27,305 nucleotides of DNA from Candidatus Odinarchaeia archaeon (lineage in GTDB: Archaea; Asgardarchaeota; Odinarchaeia; Odinarchaeales; Odinarchaeaceae), in contig JAHQXC010000009.1 of assembly GCA_029856525.1 (NCBI GenBank), positions 1 through 27,305 on the forward strand, read 5' to 3'. The position numbers and the translations under genes are program-made. Shown here piece by piece: positions 1 through 9,038 of the stretch. Under the pieces are notes generated by a model. The model did no database searches. It was given only the letters and a program-made list of their open reading frames with translations, and was not told the origin of the DNA. Every line of letters starts with the position of its first letter. Within the stretch, counting starts at the first letter, position 1.

Positions 1-36
1 TTTACATTTCTTCTTTTTTACTCTTCCAATTTTTAA

Positions 37-216
37 CTTTACCGTTGGAAAGCCCCCTCGAAAACTGTTGATTAAATGCGAAAAGATATTTATAGTTTCA
101 AAATCGTCAAAAAGGATACAGATGCTGGGCTGGCTGGTCCTGTGAGGCTCGCTGAGACGGCTCCTCTACTGTTAGAGATGACAGCAAGCTCCTTCCGATA
201 AGGAGGAGTAGTTCAC
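37..216 (+). mobile_element. Non-autonomous IS200/IS605 mini-element (PATE-like), copy 1; left-end hairpin degenerate
   Basis: Follows TTTAA (32-36). Begins ctttaccgttggaaagcccc, similar to ctttatcggcgtgaagtccc at 16068. Shares tatttatagtttcaaa(a)tcgtcaaaaaggata with 16118-16148. Ends in a right-end hairpin ctcc-ttcc-gata-agga-ggag followed by tagttcac, matching the ggagtagctcac end of the TnpB element at 27305. No ORF. Confidence 0.8.
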
Positions 217-352
217 GTTCTCTACGCGTGTAGATTACAGCTTATATTTTTAAGTATTCTCCGGAAGAGCGTGTAAGAGCTTAATTAGATTTTTTAAAAA
301 TAGTTTTAATATTATATATTTTTTATAATTTATTGTTGAATATTTTCAGCGA

Positions 353-757
353 GTGGTTAAATTGGTTGATGAAATAGAATTAACTTCAGAACAGCGGGAG
401 AGGCTTAATCGTCTAATCCGAGAGAAATGTGTGAATATGGATTTATCTTCATACCTGCTTTTACTTAAAAATATTAGAGATAAATTTAACAGTAACTGTG
501 TTAAGAATATTAATAATTTTTTGAAAGCTGTAAGTAATATTAACAGGTTGAAAATAATATTATTACTTTTTGAAAGAGATTTATGCGGGTGTGAAATTAA
601 TGTTCTACTAGGCTTATCCCAGCCGACCACCTCTCATCATCTGAAAATATTAGAGAAATCCGGTCTGATTTCTTCTAGAATAGAGTGGAAGTGGAAATAT
701 TACACGCTTTCAAATAATGGTAGGAGATTCTTGAAATTCTTGTTAGACATCTGTTAA
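353..757 (+). CDS. arsR: ArsR/SmtB family transcriptional repressor with N-terminal extension
   Basis: RLKIILLL...DLCGCEI...LSQPTTSHHLKILEKSGLI winged HTH with a CxC metal site (ELCVCD-like); adjacent to acr3. GTG start. Confidence 0.88.
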   Translation: MVKLVDEIELTSEQRERLNRLIREKCVNMDLSSYLLLLKNIRDKFNSNCVKNINNFLKAVSNINRLKIILLLFERDLCGCEINVLLGLSQPTTSHHLKILEKSGLISSRIEWKWKYYTLSNNGRRFLKFLLDIC

Positions 758-786
758 CCGGTGTTTTGATTCTTATAAAATTCTTC

Positions 787-1821
787 CTATACTTGTATCT
801 TCTCCTCTCCGCTTCTTCTTCTAAGACTGATTTTAACTAAGGCTAGCATTACAGGTATCTCTATTAGAGGACCTATCACAGTTGAAACTGCAACTAGAGG
901 TGTGGAAGCGAAAGCTGTTATCGCTATAGCTATCGCTAATTCGAAATTTCTGCCTGTACAGTGGAATCCTATAGTTGTTGAATCACAGTAATTGTATCCT
1001 ATTCGCTTTGCTAGATAATACGCTGAGTTATATAACAGGAATATGAAGAGAATTAGAGGCGGAACCATGAATAATATCAGCTGAGGGTTATCTAATATCA
1101 CATAACCTTGAAGTGAAAACATCACAACCAGAGTGAATAGAAGAGACAGGAGTTGAAGACTTCCAAATTGTGGGATCAATTTATTAGTGAACCATACTGC
1201 GCCTTTACGTTTTAAAACAATTTTACGCGTTAAAGCACCGGCTAAAAGAGGCAATCCGAGATATAGGAGTATGCTCTCCCCTAAAGATAAAATGTTAACA
1301 GAAACATATGTTCCCACTAATAAGGCGATATATAGGGGGGTTGTTATAATCTGGATTATGGAATTCCACGCCATTAAAACTATACCTAGAGGTCCGTTGC
1401 CTTGAGCTAAATCAGTCCAGACCAGAACCATAGCTATACACGGGGCTACTCCTAAAAGTATCAGCCCGGTCCATAGGGCGTTAGCTGTAACCGTGTTTAA
1501 TAAGCCTAAGCCGGGAAAAATTAGGTTGAAGAATATGAAGCCGATAAAGTAAACTAGAAAAGGGTTAACTGCATAATTTAAAAATGCGACTAAGCCGACT
1601 TCTCTCCTGCTTTTTAAAGCTTTTTTTAAATCGTTTAAATCTATTTTAACCATAGCCGGATAGATCATGAAGAATAATCCTATCGGTATACCGTACTGTA
1701 GGTATATGTTAAGCCATGGTGCTGTCTTGCCGAGGACTAATCCTATTATAATACCTACGGCTATCCAGAGGCTTAGCAGTCTATCAATTATACTGAGGCC
1801 GCCGACTTTGCATGTGCTCAT
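787..1821 (-). CDS. acr3: ACR3 family arsenite efflux transporter
   Basis: PIGLFFMIYPAMVKID, GVAPCIAMVLVW (catalytic Cys), GRNFELAIAIA and GPLIEIPVM motifs; about 10 hydrophobic segments. Confidence 0.93.
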   Translation of the reverse strand: MSTCKVGGLSIIDRLLSLWIAVGIIIGLVLGKTAPWLNIYLQYGIPIGLFFMIYPAMVKIDLNDLKKALKSRREVGLVAFLNYAVNPFLVYFIGFIFFNLIFPGLGLLNTVTANALWTGLILLGVAPCIAMVLVWTDLAQGNGPLGIVLMAWNSIIQIITTPLYIALLVGTYVSVNILSLGESILLYLGLPLLAGALTRKIVLKRKGAVWFTNKLIPQFGSLQLLSLLFTLVVMFSLQGYVILDNPQLILFMVPPLILFIFLLYNSAYYLAKRIGYNYCDSTTIGFHCTGRNFELAIAIAITAFASTPLVAVSTVIGPLIEIPVMLALVKISLRRRSGEEKIQV

Positions 1822-1846
1822 ATTGATCCAGTTTTGTTAAAGAAGT

Positions 1847-1872
1847 ATCATATTTAAATTTTTCTATATGAT
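1847..1872. promoter_or_regulatory. Inverted repeat straddling the acr3 TATA box; candidate ArsR operator
   Basis: atcatat-N12-atatgat overlapping TTTAAATA on the minus strand (1858-1851), upstream of the acr3 start. Confidence 0.4.
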
Positions 1873-1917
1873 TCACTAAATTTAAGAAGGCTATGATTTC
1901 TAGTTTCTTGATCGAAA

Positions 1918-2559
1918 ATGCAGATTGAAAAATTATTAAACTCGTTAGCGGAGAATTTAACCCCTGAGCTTATAAAATTCATCACACCGCCTGAAGGCGC
2001 TGTTAAGACGCCTACAACCATATATAGAGGTGTTCTTTTAATCGAACCTGCTTTAACAAAAACAGCGTTGAAATTTCAAGCAGACGAGGAGTTTAAAAAA
2101 CATATATCCACTAATTTAGTTTTAGGTTACACTCAAGCTGATGCAACAGATCAAACTTTAATTCTCCGTAGACTTGTAGGCTTCTTATGTTTCCCCAGTC
2201 CTTTAGAAAGCTATGCTCGTAGAAAAACTTTAGATGAGTTGAATCAAGTGAAATCGGATTGGATTCTTGGCTTAAACGCTCAAGCAAATCATAAAATATT
2301 CTTTTATCTTAACTTCACAATCCCTAGGGTTAAAGCTATTTATAGAGCTGAATTACCGTTAAACTATACTCCGGGAGATAACACCACTTACACTTCTAAA
2401 AGATTTATCGAATCGTTTAAACACTTCCTCCAGTATTTTAAAACGCTCTCAGAGACACCTGGCTTAGATTGGGTTAAATTAACTCAGACGAGTGTAGGCT
2501 ACCTTGTTGTTTTAACTTCGAAAGCAGGAGAGGTGTCCGAACAGGTTTTTGAATTATAA
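1918..2559 (+). CDS. Hypothetical protein (213 aa)
   Basis: Long ATG-initiated ORF filling the gap between acr3 and nfo; no motif recognised; stop overlaps the nfo stop (ttataa). Confidence 0.65.
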   Translation: MQIEKLLNSLAENLTPELIKFITPPEGAVKTPTTIYRGVLLIEPALTKTALKFQADEEFKKHISTNLVLGYTQADATDQTLILRRLVGFLCFPSPLESYARRKTLDELNQVKSDWILGLNAQANHKIFFYLNFTIPRVKAIYRAELPLNYTPGDNTTYTSKRFIESFKHFLQYFKTLSETPGLDWVKLTQTSVGYLVVLTSKAGEVSEQVFEL

Positions 2560-3429
2560 CTCTGAGATAATCTTCTTAACCACTCTCATATTATCTAAGT
2601 CGCTTCTCCGCTCGTCTACAGGTGTCTCCATTATTAAGGGTCGCTCTCCTAAGCAGCTTTTAAGGAAGTTTTTAAATCCGTCAACGCCTATCGAACCTAA
2701 ACCTATATGCTCATGTCTATCAATATGGGATCCTAATCCCCCAACCGAATCGTTTAAATGAATTAAATAGACTTTTTCAACACCTATGTTTTCATCTATT
2801 TCTTCAACAGTTTCATTCACGCCGCTGACAGTTTTAATATCATAGCCTGCAGCCCAGCCGTGACATGTATCAAAGCAAAACCCGATGTCACCGCTATTCC
2901 TAACACCGTCGATTATATCCTTGATGTGCTCGAATCTTGAGCCTATACTATTAGGCGACCCGGCTGTATTCTCTAATAGAATTTTAACCCTCCCCTTACA
3001 TAGGCTGCTCGCCAGGTTAAGCGCGTCTACGATTCTTCTAACACCGTTACGATAACCTTCCCCTAGATGTGAACCTAAATGAACTACTGTGAACGGTATG
3101 CGCAGTCTTATACATCTTGAAACCTCGTTTAAAAGTGTTTCAACAGACCTACTGTACACGTCTATTTTAGGTGAAGCGAGATTCGGTAGATAAGGCATAT
3201 GCGAGAAGACTATTTTGAAACCTTTTTCAATTCTCTTCTCAATGAATCTTTCAACCTCTAAATCGTTTAGGATTCTAGGCCTCCAACCGCGGGGGTTTGT
3301 AGTGAAGATTTGAAATGCAGTGCAACCTAATCTATAAGCTCTCTCAACCGATAAATCTATTGAACCTTGAATTGAAACATGAAAGCCGATTAAAGACCCT
3401 TTATAAGCGTTCTGAATATTCATATTCAA
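2554..3429 (-). CDS. nfo: Endonuclease IV (AP endonuclease 2)
   Basis: HMPYLPNLAS, VVHLGSHLG, LLENTAG, FCFDTCH, HLNDS and DRHEHIGLG zinc-ligand motifs. Confidence 0.95.
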   Translation of the reverse strand: MNMNIQNAYKGSLIGFHVSIQGSIDLSVERAYRLGCTAFQIFTTNPRGWRPRILNDLEVERFIEKRIEKGFKIVFSHMPYLPNLASPKIDVYSRSVETLLNEVSRCIRLRIPFTVVHLGSHLGEGYRNGVRRIVDALNLASSLCKGRVKILLENTAGSPNSIGSRFEHIKDIIDGVRNSGDIGFCFDTCHGWAAGYDIKTVSGVNETVEEIDENIGVEKVYLIHLNDSVGGLGSHIDRHEHIGLGSIGVDGFKNFLKSCLGERPLIMETPVDERRSDLDNMRVVKKIISEL

Positions 3430-3504
3430 TCTAAAACCACCGGTAGTATCGCGCTCTATTGAGATGATAACTTAACTTAAAGCTTAATTTAAAATATTAT
3501 TTAA

Positions 3505-3717
3505 CCTCATAGGCGGGAAACCTCTTTCGATAGGGAGGGTGAGAGCTGATAATCTTATAAAAGAGATAGTTACATTATAATAAATAAGGATGCGAGGTTC
3601 GACGGGTCTAAGCTGCCTGCTTAGGGTGGGGCGTCACTTCACATCTCTGCGAACCGATAATTGGTGGGGCCTGCTCAAGGAGGCATAAACCACTGTGAAA
3701 GCTAGGAGTGGTTTTAC
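3505..3717 (+). mobile_element. Divergent IS200/IS605 mini-element, copy 3 (left end + promoter + structured RNA + right-end-like tail)
   Basis: TTTAA (3500-3504), then cctcataggcgggaaacctc, aligning with the left end at 16068. Hairpin cctc-tttc-gata-ggga-ggg; TTATAAAA at 3555-3562; GC-rich scaffold ending ggagtggttttac (compare ggggtagtttac at 16233-16244). Confidence 0.55.
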
Positions 3718-3721
3718 ATCC
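3588..3721 (+). ncRNA. Structured non-coding RNA (~134 nt), possibly HgcC/sotRNA/omegaRNA-like
   Basis: GC-rich island behind a TATA box. Hand-found helices: ggatg/catcc, ggttcg/cgaacc, ctaagc/gcttag, gtgggg/cttcac, gcct/aggc, aaaccact/agtggttt (with a GAAA loop). Confidence 0.65.
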
Positions 3722-3740
3722 AAAAGTTTATTAAACAAGT

Positions 3741-3760
3741 CGTATTAAACGTTTAATACG
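3741..3760. promoter_or_regulatory. Perfect 20-bp palindrome between the Sm TATA box and RBS
   Basis: cgtattaaac|gtttaatacg; TATA-like tttattaaa at 3728-3736; RBS ggagg at 3774-3778. Confidence 0.5.
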
Positions 3761-3786
3761 GTTTAAATTTTTTGGAGGATTGTGTT

Positions 3787-4047
3787 TTGGAAAGGCAGCC
3801 GCTTAAACTTCTCTCGAAAGCGCTTAACAACCTAGTACTAGTCAAGTTGAAAAATAAGAAGGAATATGTTGGTCGTCTAACAGAAATGGATGTTTACATG
3901 AACATTGTCTTAGCTGAAGCTGAAGAAATAGAGGATGATAAACCTATAGCAAGATACGGTGAAATATTCATACGAGGAAATAATATTCTTTATATTAAAC
4001 CTGATGTTACATTAGACTGGTTGAAACGTAGAACATCTCAGAGTTGA
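3787..4047 (+). CDS. Sm-like archaeal protein (SmAP/Lsm)
   Basis: Sm1 motif VLVKLKNKKEYVGRLTEMDVYMNIVL and Sm2 motif IFIRGNNILYI. TTG at 3787 preferred over 3772 because ggagg lies 8 nt upstream. Confidence 0.95.
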   Translation: MERQPLKLLSKALNNLVLVKLKNKKEYVGRLTEMDVYMNIVLAEAEEIEDDKPIARYGEIFIRGNNILYIKPDVTLDWLKRRTSQS

Positions 4048-6092
4048 GAATTAAACTGAGCTGTTTTACTGCTCCTATACTCGTTGATTATCTCTACAAG
4101 TTTTTCAACGGTGAGATTCGCCTTCCTTCTGCGAATATCCTCTAGAAATCTATTGTATACTTTATTGAATTTCTCGTTGTCAACAGCGTAAAATTCACTG
4201 TATTTAGTTAAGTCAACAGCCTCTGCAGGTATAACGGGTATCTCAGCTGCTATAAGCTTCTCCATTGCTAGATGTGACATATCATTTCTTGTAATTACGG
4301 CTTTAACCCCTCTCTCTATAAGTATTTCCGCTGTCCCTGAACCACCGCCTGTTGCATCCTCTAAAAATATGATATCGTTTTTCAATATACCGTATTGCTG
4401 ATCTAGTTCATTTAAAGATTCTTTAGAGAAGGAGCGCGCTATTTTAACAGGTTTAACTTTACCTTGAGCTTCAAGTGTTTTAATACTCTTCAAATTATAT
4501 ATCTCGCTTTGAAGCGTCGATATAGTATTTTTAAGCCTGTTAACCTGTTCTCTTAACTTAAGGATCTCCCCTTCTTTTATCTTATAAACTCTCTCACGTC
4601 TCAGCTTCAACGCTTCTTCGCTTAACATTGTTTTGAAGCGTATCTCTAACTCTTTTATTTTAGCCTTAAGCTTATTATTCTCATCTTTCAATTGTTCATT
4701 GAATAATGTGAGGTTTGAAATCTCTCTTTTAAGTTCTTTAATAATAGAACTTTCTTCAGATACCGTTTTAGGTTGGACTGGTTTTTCAACGCTAACCCGC
4801 TCCGACTTTATCTTAGGTGAAAGATCGCTGATAGCCTGGGAAATAGGTTTCTCATGGATTATAACCTCCGCTTTAACATCGTTAGCAGGTATAAAGAACG
4901 GTGTCCTAGAGAGTTTCGCTTCGATTTTATTGAAAACAGGCTTATAATACTGGTATGCTTTAATAGCTGCAGCTAAAGCGTCCCTTTTATGCGAGTTAGT
5001 TATTTTCACACCCCCCTCTTTAATGAAATTATATACTAGCTCCTGCTTCTCAGAGATGCTCATAATTCTTCTAGGTGAAAAAATTTTCGAATCAGTTGCG
5101 TTAGCTAGTTTAACTATAAACTCAGGGATATGTGGAGTGTCACAGGCGTAAATAAGAGGTAAACCGTAGCTTCTAATATAATTAAGGATTTCACTTTTAG
5201 AAAACATTTTAGAACTTTTTAAATCTAGAATATTTCCATCTAAATCAATAATCGCTAATCCTGTCGTGATCCCTGGATCGACGCCTATAATAAGCCTCCT
5301 ATCAGAGCTGTAAACTCTCACTTCCCCGGATAATGGAATATAGGAGAGGGTTTTCCGTTTAATCGGTTTAATGGTAACTTTTATGTCAGGGCCTTTTATC
5401 TGAGGTATAATCTTTTTTAAATCACTTTGAGAAGCGGTTACAATAAATCGGCTGCTATCAAATCCGAAATCAGATTCCTTCGCAATAAGCTCATATTCAA
5501 ACCCAGATTCTTTAAGCTTGCTTTCAATCTCTCTTGTCGTGTTGAGAATGAAACTGTGAAGTCTCCTCCTTAACCTGGCTTGGCTGGAACCACCGGGCCC
5601 AAGGTTACGGCTTCTCGAAACAATTATCATTGTTTCATCTTCAAAGGCTTTAATTTCGAACCCTATGTTTCTGGAAGCTAAAATAGCGAGTGTTTTAGCG
5701 TTCTCCATCGGGTTAAGATGTTTTTTAACGTCTAATCCCTGTTCGCTGGCTATAACATTCACCGGCTTCATTAAATATCCTGGGGCTCCAGTTACTTGAA
5801 CAAGTCTAATTCTATCAGGTAGCTTTAAAAGAAATTTATATACGTCTTTACCGGTGGGTATGATTTCAAAAATATTATCTACGGCTAAAATATCAGCGTT
5901 ATATTTTCTCGCATAATATATTATGTCAGAGAGAGACACCTTATCTTTTACTTCTCTAAACGTATTGCTCTGTAACACCGCCATAGCATATTTAGGGCGA
6001 CTACTACCTTGAACTGAGAAACCGGGTAAAATATCTATACCTATAATAACACTACTGCTCGTAGTATTATTATTTTCATTGTTTGGCGCCAA
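4038..6092 (-). CDS. DUF460/COG2433-type protein: RNase H (RuvC/YqgF-like) fold plus long coiled coil
   Basis: IIGIDILPG at the N-terminus; IIGVDPGITTGLAIIDLDG and H.RDALAAA nuclease-fold motifs; heptad-rich coiled coil; C-terminal LEDATGGGSGTAE.L domain. Confidence 0.85.
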   Translation of the reverse strand: MAPNNENNNTTSSSVIIGIDILPGFSVQGSSRPKYAMAVLQSNTFREVKDKVSLSDIIYYARKYNADILAVDNIFEIIPTGKDVYKFLLKLPDRIRLVQVTGAPGYLMKPVNVIASEQGLDVKKHLNPMENAKTLAILASRNIGFEIKAFEDETMIIVSRSRNLGPGGSSQARLRRRLHSFILNTTREIESKLKESGFEYELIAKESDFGFDSSRFIVTASQSDLKKIIPQIKGPDIKVTIKPIKRKTLSYIPLSGEVRVYSSDRRLIIGVDPGITTGLAIIDLDGNILDLKSSKMFSKSEILNYIRSYGLPLIYACDTPHIPEFIVKLANATDSKIFSPRRIMSISEKQELVYNFIKEGGVKITNSHKRDALAAAIKAYQYYKPVFNKIEAKLSRTPFFIPANDVKAEVIIHEKPISQAISDLSPKIKSERVSVEKPVQPKTVSEESSIIKELKREISNLTLFNEQLKDENNKLKAKIKELEIRFKTMLSEEALKLRRERVYKIKEGEILKLREQVNRLKNTISTLQSEIYNLKSIKTLEAQGKVKPVKIARSFSKESLNELDQQYGILKNDIIFLEDATGGGSGTAEILIERGVKAVITRNDMSHLAMEKLIAAEIPVIPAEAVDLTKYSEFYAVDNEKFNKVYNRFLEDIRRRKANLTVEKLVEIINEYRSSKTAQFNSQL

Positions 6093-6204
6093 ACCGATCT
6101 TACCGTGAATTTTTAAAAAATATAAGATAGAGAACCAGAAATTTACCGCATATTATTATCGATAACTATACTAAAATATTAAATTTATTATTGTTTAATA
6201 GACT

Positions 6205-6546
6205 TCATTCACCTCTATATGTTTTAGAGTAGTCGAACCATTGGATAATCGGGTAGAGTTTAGTTCGAAACTGGACGCCGAAACTTGTTAACGCGTAGAC
6301 TGCTAAAGGCGGTTTATCCCCCATTATCTTTCTTTCAATTAAACCTGCATGTAGAAGTTTTTTTAAAGTTTCAGATAAAGCTCTAGAAGTTATACGCCCC
6401 CCTCTGCTTAGAAGCTTCTGTAAAGCGTTGAAATTAAGTTTACCGTAGTTTGCTAAAAGCTCTATCACCGCAAACGTCCATTTTGTGCAGATATTTTTGA
6501 AAGGACAGTAGTGTTCTATTTCAACGTCATCGTGTTTCTTCGACAT
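6205..6546 (-). CDS. HxlR/MarR-type winged-helix regulator with N-terminal cysteines
   Basis: CPF...KWTFAVIELL...F..LQ...IT.RALSETLKKL...GLIERK...P...YALT..G pattern typical of HxlR (DUF24); divergent from the nox-hydrogenase operon. Confidence 0.85.
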   Translation of the reverse strand: MSKKHDDVEIEHYCPFKNICTKWTFAVIELLANYGKLNFNALQKLLSRGGRITSRALSETLKKLLHAGLIERKIMGDKPPLAVYALTSFGVQFRTKLYPIIQWFDYSKTYRGE

Positions 6547-6653
6547 AGCCGATATAATTTAGTATACCATATATATAAAATTATACCATCATATTTATAT
6601 CCGCCATTATAATAGGCTGAAAACGCTTATAAAATTTTTTAAAGGTGTCGCTT

Positions 6654-8012
6654 ATGAGGATTATAATAGTAGGCTTCAACGCAGCTGGTTTAAGCGCTGC
6701 TATAAACGCGCGTAAAACAAATCTGGAAGCTGAGATAGTAGTCTACGAGAAAGAGAAATACCTCCCATACTCTAGATGTGGGATACCTTTTGTCATAAGC
6801 GGGGATGTTAAAAGCTTCCAAGACTTAATAGAGTATCCTAAAGAGTTCTATGAAAAAAATAATATTGAAGTTCACCTTAACAGCGAGGTTCTCTCCATAG
6901 ATCCGGCTGCTAAAAAGATTCACGGGGTGAGAGAGGGGGTTCCCTTTACAGATCGATATGATAGATTAATACTAGCATTAGGAGGCTCGCCGAGAATACC
7001 CCCCATTAAAGGCGTGGATAAGGAAAACGTTTTTTATGTTAGAACTCTCACAGACGGGGAGCGCATATTAAAAGCGGCGAAAACATTTGAGAAGTGTGCT
7101 ATAATAGGAGGGGGGATGGTCGGTCTTGAAATGGCTGACGCCTTATCTAAGATAGGTGTTAAAGTAACTATTATAGATCGGAAGACTCAGATTCTACCCA
7201 ATCTGCTAGATGAAGATATGACTAAGCGCATACTCCCGGAGTTCAGTAAACGCGGTATACGGCTTATACTTAACGGGCGCTGCTCAGAGATAATAGGAGA
7301 TGGAAGAGTTCAAGCAGTTAAAGTGAACGATGAAGTTATACCCGTAGACTTTGTGGTTATATCAACAGCTGTTGATCCTAACGTTTTACTTGCTGTGAAA
7401 GCAGGTATCGAATTAGGTGAATTAGGGGCTATCAAAGTTAACATGAGAATGGAGACAAGTATCAGAGACATATACGCTTGCGGTGATTGCGTGGAGCTGC
7501 CGGATCTTATAACAGGCAGGTCAAGTTGCTTCCAAGTTAGAACTGGAGCTGATTCAATGGGCGCCGTGGCGGGTGTTAACGCTGCAGGCGGCTACTCTGT
7601 TCTCCCAGCTATATTAATAGTCGGTATGCTCCAATTATTCAACCTTCAAATCGCGCATGTAGGTTACACTGAGAGGCAGGCTAGGCAACGCGGAATTATC
7701 CCTATAGTTTCAATAGTGGAGGGTAAAACTAAAGCAGACTATTACCCTGGGGCTAAATGGATACAGGTGAAGCTTATATTTGAATTAGAGTCTACAACAC
7801 TGATAGGCGCTCAACTAGTCGGAGAGGAAGGTGTAGCGATGAGAGCTATATTTTTATCAGCCGCTATGACGAATAAGATGACAGCTTCAGAGTTAGCGAA
7901 GCTTCATATAGGTTACACTCCGCCTTTAAACAATCATATTGAACCTATATGCAGGGCAGCTGAAGCCGCCTTCGATAATATAAAAATCTGTTTATTTAAA
8001 GTACCAGAGTGA
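6654..8012 (+). CDS. FAD-dependent NAD(P)H oxidase / CoA-disulfide reductase family flavoprotein
   Basis: IIIVGFNAAG (FAD), YSRCGIP (redox Cys), IIGGGMVGLEMA (NAD(P)H), IYACGDC and a dimerisation domain. ATG 6654 chosen for the aggtg RBS. Confidence 0.9.
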   Translation: MRIIIVGFNAAGLSAAINARKTNLEAEIVVYEKEKYLPYSRCGIPFVISGDVKSFQDLIEYPKEFYEKNNIEVHLNSEVLSIDPAAKKIHGVREGVPFTDRYDRLILALGGSPRIPPIKGVDKENVFYVRTLTDGERILKAAKTFEKCAIIGGGMVGLEMADALSKIGVKVTIIDRKTQILPNLLDEDMTKRILPEFSKRGIRLILNGRCSEIIGDGRVQAVKVNDEVIPVDFVVISTAVDPNVLLAVKAGIELGELGAIKVNMRMETSIRDIYACGDCVELPDLITGRSSCFQVRTGADSMGAVAGVNAAGGYSVLPAILIVGMLQLFNLQIAHVGYTERQARQRGIIPIVSIVEGKTKADYYPGAKWIQVKLIFELESTTLIGAQLVGEEGVAMRAIFLSAAMTNKMTASELAKLHIGYTPPLNNHIEPICRAAEAAFDNIKICLFKVPE

Positions 8013-8030
8013 TTTCAGCTATCGGAGTAG

Positions 8031-9038
8031 ATGAAATTGTATAAGAAGCTTTTAAAAGATGATTTAGAGAACTTCATATTTATTCTCAAAAAATTCGGGG
8101 TTGTTCACGCTCCTGTTAGAGAAGCAGGGAGGGTATACGAGTTCACAGAGTTAACGGATTCTAAAATCCTGCAGTTAAATTATACTCGAACCATGATACC
8201 TCCTAAAAAATTCTTTTTAAAACCGAAAGAGCAGTTATATATTTTAAACAGGCGGGAAGGTTTTAAAGAGATCGTTGACGATTCGAAAATAGTTTTACTA
8301 GGAGTTCACGCATGCGATATAAACGCGTTAAACCTATTAGACCGTATTTACATCGATCAATTCCCGGATAGATATTATAAAACACGGCGTGAGAATACTA
8401 TTATAATCGGTGTTAGCTGTAAACCTGACGAGTATTGTTTCTGCACTTCTACAAATTCAAGTTACGCTCTCGAAGGCTTCGACTTATTCATGCATGAAAT
8501 TGACGACAGTTATATTATTCGCATAGGGTCTTTGAAAGGCTTTCAGATAGTATGTGAAAGTGAAAATCTACTCGCAGAAGCTTCTTCAAATGATATAAAA
8601 GAATTTAAGAGAGCTGAAGCTGAACGGCTTAAAGAATTCACGCTTCATCTTAACGTTAACGGTATCCAGGATATACTAGACGCTTCATATGATCACCCTG
8701 TCTGGCAGGAGAACGCGGATATATGCTTCGGCTGCGGTTCATGTAACCTCGTATGCCCTACATGTAGATGCTATGATACAGCTGACTTCTTAAATCTCGA
8801 TTTAAAAACCGGTGTCAGGGTTAGAAGATGGGATAGCTGTATGCTTAAACAGCATGGTTTAGTTGCCGGCGGCCTTAACTTCAGGCCTACGAGAGTTGAA
8901 CGCTTATACAATAGATTCAACTGTAAGATGAGCTTAAGCGAAGATTCTTTAAATTGCGTCGGTTGCGGAAGATGCACCGTGTACTGTCCAGCTGACATAA
9001 ACTTTGTTGAAGTATTAAAACAGGTGGGTGAGGATTGA
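8031..9038 (+). CDS. hydB: Group 3b [NiFe] hydrogenase (sulfhydrogenase) beta subunit, 4Fe-4S
   Basis: GVHACDI, C...C.C, CFGCGSCNLVCPTCRC and CVGCGRCTVYCPADI motifs. Confidence 0.93.
   Translation: MKLYKKLLKDDLENFIFILKKFGVVHAPVREAGRVYEFTELTDSKILQLNYTRTMIPPKKFFLKPKEQLYILNRREGFKEIVDDSKIVLLGVHACDINALNLLDRIYIDQFPDRYYKTRRENTIIIGVSCKPDEYCFCTSTNSSYALEGFDLFMHEIDDSYIIRIGSLKGFQIVCESENLLAEASSNDIKEFKRAEAERLKEFTLHLNVNGIQDILDASYDHPVWQENADICFGCGSCNLVCPTCRCYDTADFLNLDLKTGVRVRRWDSCMLKQHGLVAGGLNFRPTRVERLYNRFNCKMSLSEDSLNCVGCGRCTVYCPADINFVEVLKQVGED

Noticed and set aside
1-36. Lys-rich minus-strand reading at the left window edge
   Set aside because: No convincing start, and it is truncated by the window boundary.
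3588-3721. tRNA-Sec, tmRNA, SRP RNA, 5S rRNA or RNase P RNA identity (cttcac; ggttcgacggg; cgaaccgata look-alikes)
   Set aside because: No cloverleaf with a 3' T-arm, no SRP54-binding helix 8, no GAGGAAAGUCC, wrong branching for 5S; the matches are only short words.
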